Shown piece by piece: positions 59,469-64,000 of a stretch of 64,000 nucleotides of DNA. The position numbers and the translations under genes are program-made. Every line of letters starts with the position of its first letter. Positions within the stretch are counted from its first letter, which is position 1. Origin of the DNA: Desulfobacterales bacterium (GTDB lineage Bacteria > Desulfobacterota > Desulfobacteria > Desulfobacterales > UBA5616); the NCBI GenBank assembly GCA_046483495.1, contig JAWODC010000036.1:1-64000 (forward strand), given 5' to 3'. The notes beneath the pieces were generated by a model. That model ran no database searches and was not told the origin of the DNA. It saw only the letters and a list, made by a program, of their open reading frames with translations.

Positions 59469-61010
59469 CTACCTGCCGACACTCGGGAACAAAGACGTAT
59501 CGGTGTGAGGCAGAAATTTTGCGGCTGAGAACCTGTTCATAAACGCCTGGTTGACGTTCAGCTCCAGATAGGTGATGCGGTTTCGTATTTCGTCGATCTC
59601 ATCCATACATGCGCAATGGGCAAGCAGCATCGCGGCGCCGTTGAGGGAGCTGTTGCCGAGGGGCTGGAAACACCGCAGCGGAATATCCGGCAGCATTCCG
59701 ATGGATACGGCCGATTGTGGATTGATAAATGATCCGAAAGTGCCGGCCACATAAAACTTGCGAATATCGTTGAGCTCAATTCCTACGGATTGCGTGATCG
59801 TCTCGAGAATGGTGTACATGGCGGCCTTGGAGCGAACCAGGCTGTCGATATCCGCCTGGCTGATGGTCAGATCCTTTCCGGTTGCCGAATGTTTTGCGAA
59901 AACCACCTTCAGGTGCATCAAACCATCCTTTTCAAAGCAGCGCTCGCCGCAAACGGACGGTACAATCCGCCCTCTGAAATCGATCATCCCGGTCAGAAAA
60001 AGCTGGGCCGCCAGGTCGATGACACCGGAACCGCAAATACCCACCGGCGGTGTTTCACCGATGGTATGGAGTTTGAAATCATGCGTCTTGGGATCTATTT
60101 CAACACGGTCGATGACCCCCCGGGCGGCCATCATCCCCATTCGGGTCACACCGCCTTCAAGCGCCGGACCGGCCGCACCGGCGCAAGCGATAAGCCAGTC
60201 TCGGTTTCCGACCACCACCTCCGCATTTGTTCCCACATCCACCAGAATACCGGTTTCTTCTTCACCATGCAGGCCGGCATACAAAATTCCCGCAATGAGG
60301 TCTCCGCCGAAGTAGCTCCCCACGTTGGGGAAAATAAAGGCGCGCGCCGCAGGATGGAGATCCAGGCCTAAATCGGAAGCAGCCGTAACACCCGGACGGT
60401 TGACCGCCGGGATATAGGGTTCCCGTATCATCCATCGAGCATCCAGCCCCATGAACAGGTGAGTCATGGCGGTATTGCCGGCGACCGCCACAAGGTAAAT
60501 GTCTTGAGATGAAACTCCCTGCCCTCGACACAAGGCACCGATCTGCTCATTCAGGCCGGAAATGATCAGGTGTGTAAGGTGATTCAACCCCTTCGTGTTT
60601 TGAGCAAAATGAATTCTCGCCAGAATGTCGGGGGCGACGGCGATCTGGGGGTTGTCGAAAGCGGCCTCACCGCACGGTTCGCCGCTTGCAAGATCGATCA
60701 GCCGCAAAACGACACGACTGGTCCCTAAGTCCACTGCGATGCCTAAAAGATGGCCGTTAAAATCGTAGGGAGCCAGATCGATGAGTTGCCAGACACTGTC
60801 GTTTTTAAACAGAATGCATGTCGCCTTGTAGTCGTATTCTCGAATCAGAACGGGTATCCGCCTGATGAGGGCAATATCCGAATATACCTCTGTGGATCGT
60901 AACGCCGACTTCAAGGCGCCGATCAACCGGTCCGTGTCCGCTGTATTATCCTGCAGGGTCGGCGGGCTGAGTTGTACCCGTAAAATCCACCTGTTGGTCT
61001 CCGCCGTCAT
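59469..61010 (-). CDS. ASKHA-domain reductive activator of corrinoid proteins (RACo/DUF4445-like), lacking N-terminal 2Fe-2S domain
   Basis: IAVDLGTS, NPQ, DILARI, AGNTAM-x-HL, GGD, VDVGTNAE, AAGPALEG, GICGSG, AGTFG, GNSSL. Confidence 0.88.
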   Translation of the reverse strand: MTAETNRWILRVQLSPPTLQDNTADTDRLIGALKSALRSTEVYSDIALIRRIPVLIREYDYKATCILFKNDSVWQLIDLAPYDFNGHLLGIAVDLGTSRVVLRLIDLASGEPCGEAAFDNPQIAVAPDILARIHFAQNTKGLNHLTHLIISGLNEQIGALCRGQGVSSQDIYLVAVAGNTAMTHLFMGLDARWMIREPYIPAVNRPGVTAASDLGLDLHPAARAFIFPNVGSYFGGDLIAGILYAGLHGEEETGILVDVGTNAEVVVGNRDWLIACAGAAGPALEGGVTRMGMMAARGVIDRVEIDPKTHDFKLHTIGETPPVGICGSGVIDLAAQLFLTGMIDFRGRIVPSVCGERCFEKDGLMHLKVVFAKHSATGKDLTISQADIDSLVRSKAAMYTILETITQSVGIELNDIRKFYVAGTFGSFINPQSAVSIGMLPDIPLRCFQPLGNSSLNGAAMLLAHCACMDEIDEIRNRITYLELNVNQAFMNRFSAAKFLPHTDTSLFPSVGR

Positions 61011-61032
61011 TACCTACCATCCATTCCAACGT

Positions 61033-61872
61033 TTAAAGCTCGAAAATCATATCGGCGGCTGTTGAGAAGCATTCGAGGGTTTTGTTTCGCTTCGAAATTA
61101 TCCGGTTGCATTCACAAACAATTTCATCCACTTCAATATCCGATCGGTCCTGACTGATATGAAATAAGCCCAATCTGCCGACATTCGAATCGATCGCCAG
61201 ATCGACGGCCTGCCGGTAGGATGAATGGCCCCACTCGATAAATGATGTGTATTCTTCAGGGGTATATTCAGCGTCATGCATCAGAAGGTCCGCATCTTCT
61301 GAAAAGGCCAGATAGTCCTCATAATGAAGCCCGTTCGGATGGACAAACCCCAGTTCATTATCCGTCAGAAATACAAACACAGCGCCGTCCTCGATAAATT
61401 TGTAGCCGTTGCCGCCATTGGGATGGCTCAACGGAATCGGTTCTATGGTGATGGACCCGATATTGAAAGCATCCGGACATCCTTTTTCATACACAATGGA
61501 TGCGCTGATATCACCATATTTTACCGGAAAATTGGGAGGGGAAAGAACCTTTGAAATCATCTTTTCAACGTACTGCCCCTGAAACGGGCAGCGGTAAACC
61601 TTTATTTCAGTTTTTTTCAAGTAAATGGGTTTAAAAAAGGGGAATCCCATGAGGTGATCCCAATGGGCGTGGGTAAAAATGAGATGAAAATTATACCGCT
61701 CTTCTTCCATGAGATGGTTGCCAAGCCTTCGTATCCCGGTGCCCGCGTCGACGATGATAATGTCATCGTTTTTGGTCCGAATTTCCAGACAGGTCGTATC
61801 GCCGCCGTAATTAATGTATTCTTTTCCGGATACGGGTATGGAGCCCCTTGATCCCCAACATTTTATATACAT
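61033..61872 (-). CDS. Metallo-beta-lactamase-fold hydrolase (phosphodiesterase-like)
   Basis: WGSRGSIP, YGGDTTC, DAGTG, THAHWDH, HP, TDNE, WGHS, FH. Confidence 0.88.
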   Translation of the reverse strand: MYIKCWGSRGSIPVSGKEYINYGGDTTCLEIRTKNDDIIIVDAGTGIRRLGNHLMEEERYNFHLIFTHAHWDHLMGFPFFKPIYLKKTEIKVYRCPFQGQYVEKMISKVLSPPNFPVKYGDISASIVYEKGCPDAFNIGSITIEPIPLSHPNGGNGYKFIEDGAVFVFLTDNELGFVHPNGLHYEDYLAFSEDADLLMHDAEYTPEEYTSFIEWGHSSYRQAVDLAIDSNVGRLGLFHISQDRSDIEVDEIVCECNRIISKRNKTLECFSTAADMIFEL

Positions 61873-61964
61873 GTAAGGCCCTTTCGGAAGGGAAGACTTT
61901 TCGCCGCACCGCCGAAGCGACGAGGAAGAAAACTTACAGTGCGAATGGATGAAAGAACTCTAAT

Positions 61965-62108
61965 GTGTCCATCCGGAAATGAGAAAATTCGCTTCAGTTC
62001 AAGGCGGCCGGCCAATTTTAACCGCAGGAACAGCTGAGTATTTTGAGGATTGAAATTTTCCGGCTAACGAAGAAATGAAGAGAATCAGCCATTTCTGAAT
62101 GGACTCTA
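61965..62108. repeat. Full-length MITE/REP-like element, main subfamily; end overlaps prmA stop codon
   Basis: GTGTCCATCCGGAAATGAGAAAATTCG...CAAGGCGGCCGG...CCGCAGGAAC...GAGTATTTTGAGGA...CATTTCTGAATGGACTCTA. Confidence 0.88.
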
Positions 62109-62945
62109 GTGTGTTTCCCCTAAGAATGTAAACCAAACCCCGTTTTGATCCCATATTTTCGCAATGTCAGCCCTGTTTTCGATCAATCGGTGCCTGATTG
62201 CATTTGCTTCGCTTTTAAGCAATCCGGAAAGCAAAAAGCGTTTTTTTTTATAAAACCCGTCGGTCTCTACCATTTTTCTCATCATATCATAATGGATGTT
62301 GGCTATCATAAAATCCACCGGATAGTCCACAAAATTTTGGGCAGAACCCTGGATCGGGAGCATTTTTTCGGACATTCCATTTAGATGTATATTTTTTTGG
62401 GCTGTTTTTACCGAAAGCGGATTGATGTCGACCGCAAGCGTAAGCGCTGCTCCCAAGCGGGCTGCGGCCAATGCCAATATGCCTGTTCCGGTACCGATAT
62501 CCAATACGGTTTCCGGCACTCGAGATGAAAATGCCATGTGAATAGCATCGAGGCAATCTCGGGTAGTCGGGTGAAGACCGTTACCAAATACGACTCCGGG
62601 ATCGATTAGAATTGAATGCAAATGATCGCCGCCTGCCTTTTCACATCTGCTCCAGGGCGGCGATATCATAAAATCGGACACCTGCATCGGTGCAATTTCT
62701 CCGCCATGCCACTCTTCATATGACAATTGGAACGTGTCCAGCAATTTCAGCTGCCGGTTGCGCTTCAGCAGCCCGCCCACCTCGTCTTCGGCGGGTTTGG
62801 CAAAGAACAAAAACGAATAGCCGTCTTCTTCCCAGTTGCCGATGAATGCTTTCGAACGAAAGCGGTACCCGGGATGGAGGCATCCTTCGAGGTAATAGAT
62901 ATGAAGATCTTCGTACGGTGGGTTTGACATAGACGCCGTAGTCAT
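62106..62945 (-). CDS. prmA: Ribosomal protein L11 methyltransferase-like
   Basis: IDPGVVFGNGLHPTT, VLDIGTGTGILA, VDINP, ANI, LSGL; divergent N-terminus; start uncertain. Confidence 0.8.
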   Translation of the reverse strand: MTTASMSNPPYEDLHIYYLEGCLHPGYRFRSKAFIGNWEEDGYSFLFFAKPAEDEVGGLLKRNRQLKLLDTFQLSYEEWHGGEIAPMQVSDFMISPPWSRCEKAGGDHLHSILIDPGVVFGNGLHPTTRDCLDAIHMAFSSRVPETVLDIGTGTGILALAAARLGAALTLAVDINPLSVKTAQKNIHLNGMSEKMLPIQGSAQNFVDYPVDFMIANIHYDMMRKMVETDGFYKKKRFLLSGLLKSEANAIRHRLIENRADIAKIWDQNGVWFTFLGETH

Positions 62946-62952
62946 GAGCACT

Positions 62953-63645
62953 TCACTGCTCCGAAATGTCAGAGCCGGGAAGGTTATCGATATACCACTG
63001 AAGCGGATCGATCAATTCAAACCCCTCGGCCTTCAATTTTTCTTTTACCGGATTGACGTTCATGGCCAATAAGTACGGAAAAACCGCCCGCTTTCCGGAT
63101 TCCCAGTATTTAACTGTTAATACACTTCCCATGGAAATGTTTTCCTCAACAATGATGTCGACGATTTTTTTCAGCTCTCCGACCTTGTCTTCAACCACGA
63201 CACCCAAAAGCGTTCCGGGCTGCCCTATCCCCATAACATTGATAAAGGACCGCAACAGATCCCGGATGGAAATAATGCCTTTGAGTGTATTGTTTTCACC
63301 CACCACCGGCAGGGCACCGATCCGCTCCTTCTGAATCAGCAGCATGGCATCCTGAATGGTGTATGTCGGCGAGATGCACATGGGATCCCGGGTCATAATA
63401 TCCCTGATTCTGAGTTCGGCAATCGCGTCTTTTTCATTTGGCGTGCATTCGAGGTTTTTAAAAAGGCCGGGCGGCATGGCGCTTCTGATGTCACGATCCG
63501 TCACAATGCCGATCAGACGGCCGTCTTCGTCAACGACAGGCAAGTGCCTGATCTTGTTTTTTGCCATTTTCTCCTGAGCCTCGAAAATATCCGCATCAGG
63601 GCTGATGACAATTACTTTCCGGGTCATGGATTTACTGACGAACAT
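62953..63645 (-). CDS. CBS-pair + ACT-like protein (AcuB-like)
   Basis: Two CBS domains (IRHLPVVD, GIVTDRD; IGALPVV, GIISIRD) plus C-terminal EDKVGEL ACT-like domain. Confidence 0.85.
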   Translation of the reverse strand: MFVSKSMTRKVIVISPDADIFEAQEKMAKNKIRHLPVVDEDGRLIGIVTDRDIRSAMPPGLFKNLECTPNEKDAIAELRIRDIMTRDPMCISPTYTIQDAMLLIQKERIGALPVVGENNTLKGIISIRDLLRSFINVMGIGQPGTLLGVVVEDKVGELKKIVDIIVEENISMGSVLTVKYWESGKRAVFPYLLAMNVNPVKEKLKAEGFELIDPLQWYIDNLPGSDISEQ

Positions 63646-63684
63646 AGCGTTTTCCTCTCTTCCGAGCCGGAAATCCGGCGAAGG

Positions 63685-64000
63685 TCAATCAAACTCTATC
63701 ATAGACAGGGGTTCATCCATTAGAATTTCCAAATGGTTGACCACCAGTTCGGGAAGCCTCTTCAATGAGTATCCGCCTTCCAGTACGGATATGATTTTTC
63801 CGTTTGTGAATGTCCCGGCCAGTGCCGTAATTTTCTGCATCATCCAGGCAAATCCGCTCGTGGATAACTTGATGCCGGACATGGCGTCATCGAAGTGGCC
63901 GTCGAAACCCGTCGATACCAGGATCACCTGGGGCCGAAAACATTCGAATGTCGGGATGAGGTCTTTTTCAAAAATCCGCTTATAGGTTTCATCCCCGTCA
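63685..64000 (-). CDS. HDAC/AcuC-family deacetylase, C-terminal part (truncated by window)
   Basis: Frame open to the edge: DETYKRIFEKDLIP...FRPQVILVSTGFDGHFDD...SVLEGGY. Confidence 0.88.
   Translation of the reverse strand, partial: DGDETYKRIFEKDLIPTFECFRPQVILVSTGFDGHFDDAMSGIKLSTSGFAWMMQKITALAGTFTNGKIISVLEGGYSLKRLPELVVNHLEILMDEPLSMIEFD

Noticed and set aside
1..64000. CRISPR array, tRNA/rRNA, transposase, integrase or phage genes
   Set aside because: No regularly spaced direct repeats, cloverleaf-like sequence or recombinase/transposase motifs seen by eye.

Overview
64 kb of mostly housekeeping and metabolic chromosome from an anaerobe. Gene content suggests a Desulfobacterales-like Desulfobacterota bacterium (inference). 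Contents: a GT4 / radical SAM / PIN-PhoH / alkaline phosphatase cluster; many acyl-CoA enzymes (three AMP-forming ligases, a single-chain BC-BCCP-CT carboxylase, a BbsEF-like family III CoA-transferase pair, a crotonase, a 2-hydroxyacyl-CoA dehydratase/BCR-like pair plus activase); a hydantoinase-A/HDAC/epmA/GDPD operon; glnS; acnA; a core (MetE C-domain only) methionine synthase-like gene; a class III cyclase; a partner-switching module with a PocR hybrid kinase; CooC-like and RACo-like ATPases; and an HDAC-AcuB-prmA operon at the right edge. I see no rRNA, tRNA, CRISPR array, transposase or integrase. Most notable: (i) a dispersed ~140-bp nested-hairpin element in two sequence-divergent subfamilies that keep the same internal-loop motifs; (ii) an uncharacterised 4-gene unit (polyferredoxin-like protein, SDR lacking its catalytic Lys, internally duplicated hypothetical protein, CooC-like ATPase); (iii) the translationally coupled hydantoinase-A/HDAC/EpmA operon; (iv) a 1010-aa membrane-anchored PHP-like protein; (v) a small GatC/AtzG-like ORF coupled to an amidase; (vi) three genes apparently split by a single missing base. 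All calls come from motif reading, with no database searches.
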